Of a stretch of DNA of 64,000 nucleotides, positions 47,860 through 57,728 are shown piece by piece. The notes below the pieces were generated by a model. It worked only from the letters and a program-made list of their open reading frames with translations, did not search any database and was not told the origin of the DNA. Numbering within the stretch: position 1 is the stretch's first letter; each line of letters begins with the position of its first letter. The position numbers and the translations under genes were made by a program. The stretch comes from Balanoglossus misakiensis (Eukaryota > Animalia > Hemichordata): contig JBECUI020000025.1 of the NCBI GenBank assembly GCA_040954595.2, positions 372,001 through 436,000 on the forward strand. The letters are read 5' to 3'.

Positions 47860-49333
47860 CCATACCCTGTTACAACTCATAGCTAATTACCCCCTCTCTG
47901 CCCGATACGGCAGAGAGGATATTTCTATCCAATCTATAACATACGATTCCCGTCGCGTGCGAAAGGGTGATATGTTTGTAGCATTTCCCGGAATTCACAG
48001 TGATGGACAGCTGTTCATTGATGAAGCTGTTGCCAAGGGAGCAGCAGCCATTCTCTGCAGAAAAACTCCTGCAGTAATACAAAAAAATGTTGCCTACCTG
48101 GTGGTCAAGAATCCCCGCCATGCCTTCTCGGTCTTTTCCGATACCTTCTGGAATTACCCTTCTCGTGATCTCTACGTCATTGGTGTAACTGGTACCGATG
48201 GGAAGAGCACAACCGTACAAATGATTCATCAACTACTAGAAGCAACTGGAAAACGGGCGGGCTTTCTTTCGACTGTCGCACGCAAATCCGGAGCTAGCCG
48301 CGTTGCCAATACGGCTCATCAATCTACACCGGAAGCATTTGAATTGCAATCCTGTCTAGCACAGATGCGCAATCACGGCATGCAATACGCTGTTATTGAG
48401 GCCTCCTCGCATGCACTGAGCAAACAAACCCATCGCCTCTCTTCGGTTCGATTTCATGCCGGACTTATCTGTAATATCAGCCATGAACATCTTGATTTTC
48501 ATGGAAGCATTGCACAGTACCGGAGCGATAAGGCAGAATTGTTGCGTATTCTGCCGAAAAACGGCAAGGCAATACTAAACGCCTGCGACCCATCGAGCGT
48601 ATACGCGGCAGAACAAAGTGCGGTTTCTCCCCTCTACTTTGCGTTGCAGAAAGCAGCCGCAGACCTTAGCGGCGAAATCGTTTCCAATGAGTTTACCCGA
48701 TCGAGAATTACATTTCATTACAGAGGGGCAAAGAAAACTGTTGATATGCCCTTTTCCTGCTTGAATGCTGATAATACTTTGGCAGCTATGCTGACCGTTA
48801 GTGCCTGTCTTGAAATAAATCCTCTGGAACTATGTGAATACATTCCCCATCTCTCTCTTCCGGAGGGGCGGATGCAAATTCTTTCTCATGCTCCAACTGT
48901 TCTCGTTGACTATGCACATACCCCAGCTGCCTTTATCCGATTGCTGCCCTTAGCAAAACAATATAATACCGGTCGGTTGATAGTCCTCTTCGGCGCAGCT
49001 GGAGAACGAGACCGCCAAAAGCGTGCACAGATGGGAAAGATGGCAGCATCCTATGCAGACATTATTATCCTCAGCGATGAAGATCCACGAGGAGAAAGCA
49101 GCGATGCAATTATTACCGATATTGCTACAGGCATCGGTTCACTGCAGGAAGGACAGACCTTACTGCGTATTCCTAACCGCGAAGAAGCTATCTTTCATGC
49201 TATGAGCATTGCAAAAGCAGCGGATGCCGTACTCCTGTTGGGAAAGGGTCATGAATCGACGATAGAATACGATAATTATTCTATACCGTGGAACGAACGA
49301 GAAGTCGCATTACGGGCATTAAAAGAACAATGA
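47843..49333 (+). CDS. murE: UDP-MurNAc-tripeptide synthetase
   Basis: YDSRRV, GVTGTDGKST, EASSHAL, HEHLDFH, VDYAHTP, EDPR, GKGHE. Confidence 0.95.
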   Translation: MQQGNSHTLLQLIANYPLSARYGREDISIQSITYDSRRVRKGDMFVAFPGIHSDGQLFIDEAVAKGAAAILCRKTPAVIQKNVAYLVVKNPRHAFSVFSDTFWNYPSRDLYVIGVTGTDGKSTTVQMIHQLLEATGKRAGFLSTVARKSGASRVANTAHQSTPEAFELQSCLAQMRNHGMQYAVIEASSHALSKQTHRLSSVRFHAGLICNISHEHLDFHGSIAQYRSDKAELLRILPKNGKAILNACDPSSVYAAEQSAVSPLYFALQKAAADLSGEIVSNEFTRSRITFHYRGAKKTVDMPFSCLNADNTLAAMLTVSACLEINPLELCEYIPHLSLPEGRMQILSHAPTVLVDYAHTPAAFIRLLPLAKQYNTGRLIVLFGAAGERDRQKRAQMGKMAASYADIIILSDEDPRGESSDAIITDIATGIGSLQEGQTLLRIPNREEAIFHAMSIAKAADAVLLLGKGHESTIEYDNYSIPWNEREVALRALKEQ

Positions 49334-50469
49334 AACAAGAACGGATATTAATCCTATACGGCGGGCGCTCCACCGAACATGAAATCTCCTGTCTTTCAGC
49401 CGCAACAATCTTGCAAGGACTTGCTGAGTTAGGCTATGAGACGGACATTGTCGGAATAACAAAAAAAGGACATTGGTATCGCCAAGAGTACAAGAAACAA
49501 TTAGAACGAGCAATGGCAGGAAAGGGATTGAGCATTGACCTGACAGAAGACGCCGTCTATGTTATGCCCGGGAAGGGAATATATCATGGGAAGAGTCCAA
49601 TCCCCTGCACCTGCGTATTCCCGATTGTACACGGAAGTTTTGGCGAGGACGGTAAACTCCAGGGCGTGCTTGAATGTGCGCAGATCCCCTATGTCGGTGC
49701 CGATGTCTGCGGCAGTGCTATCGGCATGAATAAGAAATACTGCAAACTGCTCTGGCAAGCGCATAAACTTCCAGTGCTTCCATTTCTCGCCATTGAGCAT
49801 CATCAATATAATCAGAACAATAAGAATGGTCGGGAAGAAATACTTGCCCGCATTAAAGAAAAATTACGGTTCCCTATATTTATCAAGCCAAACTCAGGCG
49901 GATCATCGGTTGGAATTAGCCGCGTGAACCACTCTGCTGATCTTCCAGCTGCCATTTCTCATGCCTTTTGTTATGACCGAACTGTTCTTGCAGAGCAGGG
50001 CATTCATGCACGGGAAATTGAAGTATCCCTTATCGGGACAGATCCCCTTACCGTATGTACACCGGGTGAAGTTATTCCTGCTCATGAATACTATAGTTAC
50101 CAGGCAAAGTATATTGATAAAAATGGTGCCCGAACAGTCATTCCGGCAGATATTGATATAGATACTCAACAAAAAATACGAGAACTCGCAGCTGCGGCAT
50201 ACCGATCAGTTCAAAGTACCGGGTTTGCCCGCATCGATTTTTTTATGGAGGGGGAACATGTATATCTCAATGAAATTAACACTATGCCCGGCTTTACTGC
50301 AATTAGTATGTTCCCACAAATGGCACGGGAGAGTGGCATTTCCCTTAATGCACTTCTATCTTCGTTGATAACACTCGCCCATACACATAAAAAACAAAGC
50401 GATGCCTTACAGTACGATTTCTATACCCCTGAAGGGACGGAATGCCCCCTGGAAGGAAACTCAGATTAA
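49330..50469 (+). CDS. ddl: D-alanine--D-alanine ligase
   Basis: GGRSTEHEIS, HGSFGEDG, GSSVGI, YSYQAKY, NEINTMPGFT. Confidence 0.96.
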   Translation: MKQERILILYGGRSTEHEISCLSAATILQGLAELGYETDIVGITKKGHWYRQEYKKQLERAMAGKGLSIDLTEDAVYVMPGKGIYHGKSPIPCTCVFPIVHGSFGEDGKLQGVLECAQIPYVGADVCGSAIGMNKKYCKLLWQAHKLPVLPFLAIEHHQYNQNNKNGREEILARIKEKLRFPIFIKPNSGGSSVGISRVNHSADLPAAISHAFCYDRTVLAEQGIHAREIEVSLIGTDPLTVCTPGEVIPAHEYYSYQAKYIDKNGARTVIPADIDIDTQQKIRELAAAAYRSVQSTGFARIDFFMEGEHVYLNEINTMPGFTAISMFPQMARESGISLNALLSSLITLAHTHKKQSDALQYDFYTPEGTECPLEGNSD

Positions 50470-50479
50470 TTGCTGCCGG

Positions 50480-50992
50480 CTACCAATGATTATACGCACA
50501 TATCTCACCAATCGCATGGCGAGTCGACTTGTCGATTTTTTTCTCGTTAGTATATCCAAGTGCCAGTAGCATAATAATGCGCATAGAAAACGGCACAGAT
50601 AGGAGTTCCTGAACATTAGCTGTTTGAAACGTGGTAGTCGAACAGACACCCAGTCCTTCGTGCCTTGCTTGAAGCATCATGAATGATGCAGCAATAGCAA
50701 TGTTGATGGGATAGGCATGAATGCCATTAGGCATAACATAGTTTACATTAGTTGTGCAGAGAGCAATAATATTGGGGGCATCGCGAAGGTACTGTTGATT
50801 ATACGCACAACTACAGATTTTTTCTCGTAACTCGACATCATCAACGACTATAAAACGCCAATCTTGCCGGTTTTTAAATGACGGAGCTCGTCGTCCTGCT
50901 TCGACAATCAGGTCTATCGTTTCTTTCGGCACCAACCGCGGAAGAAATGATCGGGTACTTTCCCACTGCTCAATTTCCGACAATAACACCAT
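50480..50992 (-). CDS. Nitroreductase family protein
   Basis: STRSF, RAPSFKNRQDWRFIVV, MLQARHEGLGVC, LALGY. Confidence 0.88.
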   Translation of the reverse strand: MVLLSEIEQWESTRSFLPRLVPKETIDLIVEAGRRAPSFKNRQDWRFIVVDDVELREKICSCAYNQQYLRDAPNIIALCTTNVNYVMPNGIHAYPINIAIAASFMMLQARHEGLGVCSTTTFQTANVQELLSVPFSMRIIMLLALGYTNEKKIDKSTRHAIGEICAYNHW

Positions 50993-51042
50993 ACGCCCTC
51001 ACTTTATTAATTCTGAAGAACACCCTATACTTTACTTAATAA

Positions 51043-53181
51043 ATGATAAGTATTTTTAGATTACTCCTTTTCATTCTTATTCTACTACATTACAACGTAT
51101 TCGCACAAGTACCCTACGAGGATGAGCGCAGACTTGCAACTATTATATCCCGCGTTAACAATGCAATCGGACAAGAGAACTCCACAAGAGACGGTGCATT
51201 AGGCATAACTATAGCAGAATTGAATCGCCTGGAGGTCCCTTTCGAGCTCATTGACTTCCCCGAATATGGCAATAAACCCTCGTTTTACCCATCACTGCAT
51301 GTCGGAGACCCTGAAAACTCGTCTCTTTTGCTTGTTTTTCCGCTAAGTGCAAATAAATTGCTCCTTTCAACTGCAATCTACGCTGCATCAATCAGTAGGA
51401 ATAATCCTATCGAAGTGCTCCTGATAGCACCCTTCGGTAACTTAAACAATAGTGTAAATATCATAAGTGAAATGCTTGTGCATAGAAGCAGGGCAGTTAT
51501 TTGGCTCGATGACTCATTAAGGGCCTCGCCATTGACTAGTTGGGGTGGTAAAAGCAAACATGTAACCCCACTAACACTCAACCAAATAATAACATCCGAG
51601 TTACAGGAACTGGAGATACGCGTTTCTAGTCATGTCCTCCAACACCATGACATACTGAATTATACGACCCATAATCTCCCGCTGGAAACACTACTGGGTG
51701 AGTATATTCCGGCACTCTACTTAACAAGCGACGACGTGGCAACAATGGATGACTGGCAGTGGATAAATATCTTCACGCAAGGCATACAGGATTCTGCAAA
51801 GCGGTTAAAAGAACATTACCCAACTAATGACTACCGACTTGACTGGGAGGAAAACTATCTTTCATGGAATCTCTTCGGCACGGTAATATATATATCGGAA
51901 CTATTCCTGATTGTCTTTTTTCTTCTGTTGATGATGTCAACCCTCATGTACGGCACATTCTTCCGCTCAATTCTTACCGTATACGCATCACGCATTATTA
52001 AACACTGGTTTGTCATTCTTTGTCTCCTTCTCATTACGTTTATGGTTGTTGCCATATCCAGTGCACTTGTACAGTTTCTTGTTATCTTTATGGGAAACTT
52101 CCTGCTTTTCGATCGCTGGATGCTCTTTCTCAAACCTGCCCTAGCCCTGTTTCTTTTTGCCGAACTCTACAACGTGCTTGCACACACTCCTGCCTTTTGG
52201 GCAAAAAACCGCTACCTCTCGGCAACGGCACTGTTTATACTTGGCATAGTTTTTCTCGTAGTCAGCAGCCTGTCCTTATCCTTGGCATTCTACTTTGGCA
52301 TATCCTACCTAATGACCTTTTGCTTCTCAATTAGTAGGCGAACAAAGAAAAAGATACTATTCGCTGTCCTTGCAATCCTTCCCCAGTTATACAGCATATA
52401 CAGCATCATTATGATTCCATCGCGTGAAATTATTTCATTTCTCCTCTACGACCAACTACTGGGGAATGTTATTTGGGTTATCCTCCTATTGCCCTACATA
52501 ATGATTATAGTCCGCATTGACCATCTATACCCATATCAAAGAAAAAATTCTTCATCAATCCTTGTCCGTTTCTCCTTAGTGCTTGTGCTTGGTGCAGTTA
52601 TTGCTATTCCCTTTTTGAATAATCCGCGGGTACCGATAGAGTTTCATGAGACCATAGACATGACCCAAGAAACACGAACACTTATCATCAGTAGTAATAC
52701 AACTGTGGCCGGAACATTTAGTTTTACACTGGGAGCAGAAAAGTTTACATTGCCGCTACAATCCGGAATCCGGGAAATTACCCTTCCCTACCAAGTACCT
52801 CCTTTACAAGCGGTACTTGAAATTCAGGCTATCAGCAATGAAACCTACAGGTATACCTATCAGTTTTATAGTCCACAGGAGAACGCACGCCATTTTCTCG
52901 TTACTCATTCTGTTCCCGCTCCATTCCTTCTTACTCTTCGTTATGCAAGTATCCCCCTCTCCGATTCTATCGGTCAGACTGTTCCTTATTCCATACTGAA
53001 CCTTGGTACCTACCCGCCGCGTTCCCTGCATATGAATAGCCTTATTAAGAGCCCTGTTCCGCCGACGAGTAAGATTACTGCACAATATGAGACCCTAAGC
53101 GAACCCTTCTCGTTAACATCAGAGCAACAAATAGAAGCACAAGTTTTTCGAACGGTATTGCTTAACCCAACCGAAAAATAG
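51043..53181 (+). CDS. Polytopic membrane protein of unknown function (exported N-domain, ~8-9 TM, C-terminal beta-rich domain)
   Basis: Signal peptide and hydrophobicity pattern only. The architecture loosely recalls membrane-anchored M28-like proteins, but no catalytic motif was recognised. Confidence 0.6.
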   Translation: MISIFRLLLFILILLHYNVFAQVPYEDERRLATIISRVNNAIGQENSTRDGALGITIAELNRLEVPFELIDFPEYGNKPSFYPSLHVGDPENSSLLLVFPLSANKLLLSTAIYAASISRNNPIEVLLIAPFGNLNNSVNIISEMLVHRSRAVIWLDDSLRASPLTSWGGKSKHVTPLTLNQIITSELQELEIRVSSHVLQHHDILNYTTHNLPLETLLGEYIPALYLTSDDVATMDDWQWINIFTQGIQDSAKRLKEHYPTNDYRLDWEENYLSWNLFGTVIYISELFLIVFFLLLMMSTLMYGTFFRSILTVYASRIIKHWFVILCLLLITFMVVAISSALVQFLVIFMGNFLLFDRWMLFLKPALALFLFAELYNVLAHTPAFWAKNRYLSATALFILGIVFLVVSSLSLSLAFYFGISYLMTFCFSISRRTKKKILFAVLAILPQLYSIYSIIMIPSREIISFLLYDQLLGNVIWVILLLPYIMIIVRIDHLYPYQRKNSSSILVRFSLVLVLGAVIAIPFLNNPRVPIEFHETIDMTQETRTLIISSNTTVAGTFSFTLGAEKFTLPLQSGIREITLPYQVPPLQAVLEIQAISNETYRYTYQFYSPQENARHFLVTHSVPAPFLLTLRYASIPLSDSIGQTVPYSILNLGTYPPRSLHMNSLIKSPVPPTSKITAQYETLSEPFSLTSEQQIEAQVFRTVLLNPTEK

Positions 53182-53200
53182 TATACTTACCTCAGTACCA

Positions 53201-54445
53201 ATGATTTACATGAATGAACATTTCCAGCAGCTGCAACCGAATTACCTCTTCAAGGAAATTGAAGACCGCGTAACTAAATTTCTTCGAAATAACCCACAAG
53301 AACTTATTAATCTTGGCATTGGTGATGTTACCAATGCTCTTCCGCAAGTTGTCGTTGAGGCCTTGCATAAGGCATGTGATGAGATGGGCAAGCAGGAAAC
53401 GTTTCGTGGATACGGTCCGGCGGAAGGCTATGAATTTCTCCGGGAAGCAATAGTCAATTTTGATTACCGGAGCAAAGACATTTATCTCTCACCCGATGAG
53501 GTCTTCATAAGCGACGGAACAAAATCCGATAGTAGCAATTTTCAAGAACTCTTTAGTACTGATATTACAGTTGCAGTGCAAGATCCAATCTACCCGGTGT
53601 ACGTTGAATCAAATGTCATGGCAGGCAGAAGCGGTAAATGGAAGGACGGACATTACCAAAACATTGTCTACCTGCCGGCAATAAGTAGTAATAACTACAT
53701 TCCGAAGTTACCGGATAAAAGGGTCGATCTTATCTATCTCTGCTTTCCCAATAACCCAACCGGTGCGGTAGCTACACATAAACAGCTGCAGGAATACGTA
53801 AACTATGCACAAAAAAACAAGGCACTTATTCTTTTCGATGCTGCATACACTGCATTTATTCGAGACGATACATTGCCGAGTAGTATCTACGAAATTGAAG
53901 GAAGCAGATCTTGTGCTGTAGAGTTCAAAAGCCTTTCAAAAAATGCAGGTTTTACCGGATTGCGTTGTGCATATACGGTGGTACCTCAGGACTGCATGGT
54001 ATGGGACAAGGCGGGAAATTCCCACTCCCTTCGAAATTTGTGGAAACGTAGACAAAATAGTAGATTTAACGGGCTTTCATACCCTGTTCAGCGAGCGGCA
54101 AGTGCTGTGTTTACCCCATCGGGACAAACGCAGATTCGCGAGTTTACCGATGAATACCTGAAAAACACGGTTATTATCGGTGCTACCCTCGACGAGCTAC
54201 ATATCCCCTGGGTTGGTGGGAAGAACTCACCCTATATCTGGGCAGAAACGGCTCTTCCCAGCTGGACTGCTTTTGATCTCTTTCTGCAAGAGGGTGGTGT
54301 TATTATTACCCCCGGCGAGGGATTTGGACCTGCCGGCAAGCAGTACATTAGATTTAGTGCCTTTAATTCACGGGAAGTCGTTTTTCAGGCTGTGCGTAAG
54401 ATTCGTGAGGTCGTAATAAACAATGCAACACTCGTTCCAAAATAA
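53201..54445 (+). CDS. dapL: LL-diaminopimelate aminotransferase
   Basis: YLFKEI, NLGIGDVT, GYGPAEGY, SDGTKSD, CFPNNPTG, SLSKNAGFTGLRC, TPGEGFG. Confidence 0.93.
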   Translation: MIYMNEHFQQLQPNYLFKEIEDRVTKFLRNNPQELINLGIGDVTNALPQVVVEALHKACDEMGKQETFRGYGPAEGYEFLREAIVNFDYRSKDIYLSPDEVFISDGTKSDSSNFQELFSTDITVAVQDPIYPVYVESNVMAGRSGKWKDGHYQNIVYLPAISSNNYIPKLPDKRVDLIYLCFPNNPTGAVATHKQLQEYVNYAQKNKALILFDAAYTAFIRDDTLPSSIYEIEGSRSCAVEFKSLSKNAGFTGLRCAYTVVPQDCMVWDKAGNSHSLRNLWKRRQNSRFNGLSYPVQRAASAVFTPSGQTQIREFTDEYLKNTVIIGATLDELHIPWVGGKNSPYIWAETALPSWTAFDLFLQEGGVIITPGEGFGPAGKQYIRFSAFNSREVVFQAVRKIREVVINNATLVPK

Positions 54446-54446
54446 G

Positions 54447-54860
54447 ATGCTGGGTGAAGCCTTGAAAGAGGCGATTCAGATTCGAAAGAATGCATACGTT
54501 CCTTATTCTCACTTTCCTGTCGGTGCGGTCATTAAGTTGTACAATAATGACCGACTATTTTCAGGCTGCAACGTGGAGAATGCAAGCTACGGGGCATGTA
54601 TCTGTGCAGAACGCGGAGCTATTATGACTGCAATTGCTGCCTGTGGGAAACAGAAGATTGAATTTGTTTTAGTCAGTGCAGTCGGTACCGAACCGGTTTT
54701 CCCATGTGCACAGTGTTTGCAAGTTATCAGTGAGTTTGCTGATGATACAACGATGGTATACCTCGCAGATACCGAAAAGATTACAACTGCTCTGCCGTTT
54801 AGAGAATTGCTTCCCTACTACTTTTCCGGAAAGACAATGCCGGATTTCTCGGAAGAATAA
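54447..54860 (+). CDS. cdd: Cytidine deaminase (homotetrameric type)
   Basis: AYVPYSHFPVGA, GCNVENASY, CAER, PCAQC. Alternative start at 54423. Confidence 0.92.
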   Translation: MLGEALKEAIQIRKNAYVPYSHFPVGAVIKLYNNDRLFSGCNVENASYGACICAERGAIMTAIAACGKQKIEFVLVSAVGTEPVFPCAQCLQVISEFADDTTMVYLADTEKITTALPFRELLPYYFSGKTMPDFSEE

Positions 54861-54918
54861 TTGAAGAATATACAGTACATACTTCTCATAGATAACACAT
54901 CAATGTAGAATAACAGGT

Positions 54919-55149
54919 ATGGAAACAAAACATATCGGCATTATTGATTTGCAGGGTGCTACTTGTACCTCGTGTGCTATCGGCATTGAACATATGGGAC
55001 GAAGACTACCGGGTGTTACCTCAGTAGAGATTAATAAGATAGACAATAGCGTACAAGTCGCCTACGACGGGAATGCAGAGACGCTCGATAAAATCTGTGA
55101 ATTTGTTCACAGTATCGGGTACAGTGCAACTGTACGCCAAACCCTGTAA
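54919..55149 (+). CDS. Heavy-metal-associated (CopZ-like) chaperone
   Basis: 76 aa with GATCTSC and a C-terminal IGY loop. Confidence 0.85.
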   Translation: METKHIGIIDLQGATCTSCAIGIEHMGRRLPGVTSVEINKIDNSVQVAYDGNAETLDKICEFVHSIGYSATVRQTL

Positions 55150-55161
55150 CGCTACTTCAAC

Positions 55162-55785
55162 TTACTTTGAGTAGTACTCAACTACTAACTGTTCTTCTGC
55201 AACAGTAGGTATTTGCTCGCGTGTCGGCAAGGTCTTAATTTCTGCACGAATATCGTCCGGCGACATTTCTATCCATTCCGGAACAGCTCGCGAGGAGTTC
55301 TCCGAGAGCAAGCGACGTACGAAATCGACAGTTTGTTTGCGTTCGGCAACGGTTATGACATCCCCGGGACGAATGAGTATTGACGGGATATCAACTTTCT
55401 GCCCATTGTGCCGCACATGCCCATGACTGACAAGCTGCCGTGCTTGCTGACGGCTTGTACCAAATCCTAAGCGATATACGACATTATCTAATCGGCGCTC
55501 AAGGAGAACCAACATATTGTATCCGGTTACGCCATCCATTGCTCGTGCCTTATAAAACAAATTGCTAAATTGACGTTCCGACAGACCGTATGCAAACTTC
55601 AGCTTCTGCTTTTCCACAAGCTGTCTGCCAAACTCGCTCATACGATTGCGTGTCGGTCTTCCTTTTCTCGCGGTTCCCGGCTTGTAGGGCTTGCGCTTTA
55701 AAAGCCTATCATATTTAGGGTTGCCGAATATGTTCAACCCAAACCGTCGTACTATTTTTCCTTTTGCCTTCATTAATCGTGCCAT
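55162..55785 (-). CDS. rpsD: 30S ribosomal protein S4 (stand-alone, no Zn-ribbon Cys)
   Basis: MARLMKAKGKIVRRFG, QLVEKQKLK, LERRLDNVVYRLG, ARQLVSHGH, VVEYYSK. The longer track ORF overlaps the upstream permease gene. Confidence 0.96.
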   Translation of the reverse strand: MARLMKAKGKIVRRFGLNIFGNPKYDRLLKRKPYKPGTARKGRPTRNRMSEFGRQLVEKQKLKFAYGLSERQFSNLFYKARAMDGVTGYNMLVLLERRLDNVVYRLGFGTSRQQARQLVSHGHVRHNGQKVDIPSILIRPGDVITVAERKQTVDFVRRLLSENSSRAVPEWIEMSPDDIRAEIKTLPTREQIPTVAEEQLVVEYYSK

Positions 55786-55793
55786 AGAGAGAT

Positions 55794-55823
55794 AGTATAT
55801 CATACTTGCATTATTTATGCAAG
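55794..55823 (-). promoter_or_regulatory. rpsD promoter overlapped by an inverted repeat
   Basis: TTGCAT-N17-TATACT with extended TG; IR CTTGCAT-N5-ATGCAAG at 55805-55823. Confidence 0.55.
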
Positions 55824-55826
55824 AAT

Positions 55827-56687
55827 TTATCCCTTTACGGAACCAAGTGTTAACCCGGAAATGAGCCAACGAGAGGAAAGAAGGAAGAGCAACATAATTG
55901 GTACCGATACCATAAGCGAGGCGGCTGCAAACTGCCCCCACTGTGTTTGATACTGGGCAACCATTCGTTGTAATCCCAAAGGCCAGGTAGCAAACTCCGG
56001 CTTCTGCAACATAATACGTGCCAAGAGAAAATCGTTCCAAACTTGCGTAAAATTAAAGAGAAAAGCAATAGCAAGTGCCGGTGTGGAGAGGGGTAAAATA
56101 ACACGAAAAAAACTACCCATCGGTCCAAGACCGTCAATCATGGCTGCCTGCTCCAGTTCTCGAGGGATTGTATCGTAATACCCCTTGAGTATCCATATCG
56201 AAAACGGAATTGCTCCCACTGAATAGGCAACTACAATACCACGCCAGGTATTAATTAAGCCTAACCGTGCTGAAAGAATGTAGATGGGAACCATAAGCAT
56301 CGCGGCAGGAATCATTTGAGTAGCAAGAAGGAGTATCAATCCTGCCTTCCTTCCCGGAAAACGCCAGCGAGAAAAGGCATAGGCTGATGTTGAAGCAATA
56401 ATAATACCAATAATCGAGGTCGTAACTGTTATTATCAGACTATTCCATAACCAGAGAAGAAAGTCCTTTTCAAACAGAACTACTTTGTACTGATTAAGAT
56501 CAGCATCGTCGGGAAGGATAGAGAGGGTTGCCGTCAGTAAGCGATTCCCAGGACGCAGAGAAACTCCAACAATGCGGAGAATGGGATAGACCGCAATAAG
56601 ACAACAAAGAATAAGAGCAAGATGTACGAAAACTCGTTTAATAATGCTATCCCTGTCTAACGATGATTTATATAAATGACGTCTCAT
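55827..56687 (-). CDS. Sugar ABC permease (MalG-like)
   Basis: AYAFSRWRFPG, LKGYYDTIPRELEQAAMIDG. Confidence 0.92.
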   Translation of the reverse strand: MRRHLYKSSLDRDSIIKRVFVHLALILCCLIAVYPILRIVGVSLRPGNRLLTATLSILPDDADLNQYKVVLFEKDFLLWLWNSLIITVTTSIIGIIIASTSAYAFSRWRFPGRKAGLILLLATQMIPAAMLMVPIYILSARLGLINTWRGIVVAYSVGAIPFSIWILKGYYDTIPRELEQAAMIDGLGPMGSFFRVILPLSTPALAIAFLFNFTQVWNDFLLARIMLQKPEFATWPLGLQRMVAQYQTQWGQFAAASLMVSVPIMLLFLLSSRWLISGLTLGSVKG

Positions 56688-57715
56688 GAAGACCTCTCAA
56701 ATTGTACATCCGGTTTACTAATATGCAGATACAGAATCGTAAACAGAACAAGAATCAGAAAAATAACAATAGCAAATGCCGATGCAAACCCATATCGGTT
56801 GTACTCAAAGGCAGCCCGAAATAAGGCGGTTACAAGAATATCGGAACTCTCCAGTTCCTGCTGATTGATAAAGTAGGAGACGTTGAAGTTATTAAATGTC
56901 CATATAATACCGAGTATCACTGCCGGCGTAAGAATCGGTTTTAATAGAGGGAGGGTTATGTACCGAAAGCGCGTTGTTCTTTTCGCTCCGTCCATCTCTG
57001 CCGCCTCGTAGTATTCCCTGCTAATACTCTGCAATCCGCCTAGCAAAACAACCGACATAAAGGGAACCCCCAGCCATATGTTTGTAATGTTTATAGCAAA
57101 AAAGTTCCAGAAGGGGTCCGACATCCATGCAATCGATTCCAAACCGAGGCTCTGTAAGAGTGCATTGATGTACCCATACTGATAATTAAACTCACCACGG
57201 AAAGACATAACGGCTATGACCTGCGGAACTGCCCAGGGCAAAAGGATAATAGTACGATATACACCGCGCATCTTCATTGGGCGGTTTAACAACATGGCAA
57301 TGCCAAGACCAAGGGTTGTATGCGCAGTTACCTGAATGCTTGTCCACAGTACCGTACGCAAAAGAAGTGGTGCAAAGGTCTGCCGCTTTAATATTGGTTC
57401 GGTAAAAAGAATCTGTATGTTGTGAAAAAATTCCCCTATCCCTACCGTCATTCCGCGTTCCGGGGTAAAGCTACGGAGACTCATATTACTAAAGGCGAGA
57501 TAGATGTTATATATAACCGGATAGATAACAAGAATAGTTATCCCTATCGCTGCCGGCGTAATGAGCATGATCGGTAATGCATGCTTCGTATGCAGACAGC
57601 GAACAAGGACAACATAAAGAATAGACTCCAGTCCGACAACAAATACTACAATAAAAAGTACTGTTGTACTGACTTCGGAAAAACTATCTGATAATATCGC
57701 TATATACTCAGACAA
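56684..57715 (-). CDS. Sugar ABC permease (MalF-like)
   Basis: LLPWAVP, WLGVPFM, GLQSISREYYEAAEMDGA, FNNFNV. Confidence 0.92.
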   Translation of the reverse strand: MSEYIAILSDSFSEVSTTVLFIVVFVVGLESILYVVLVRCLHTKHALPIMLITPAAIGITILVIYPVIYNIYLAFSNMSLRSFTPERGMTVGIGEFFHNIQILFTEPILKRQTFAPLLLRTVLWTSIQVTAHTTLGLGIAMLLNRPMKMRGVYRTIILLPWAVPQVIAVMSFRGEFNYQYGYINALLQSLGLESIAWMSDPFWNFFAINITNIWLGVPFMSVVLLGGLQSISREYYEAAEMDGAKRTTRFRYITLPLLKPILTPAVILGIIWTFNNFNVSYFINQQELESSDILVTALFRAAFEYNRYGFASAFAIVIFLILVLFTILYLHISKPDVQFERSS

Positions 57716-57728
57716 ATACGATTACAAC

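Noticed and set aside
55786-56040. 85-aa N-terminal extension of S4 in the ORF track
   Set aside because: It overlaps the MalG-like gene in another frame; S4 homology and a promoter point to ATG 55785.
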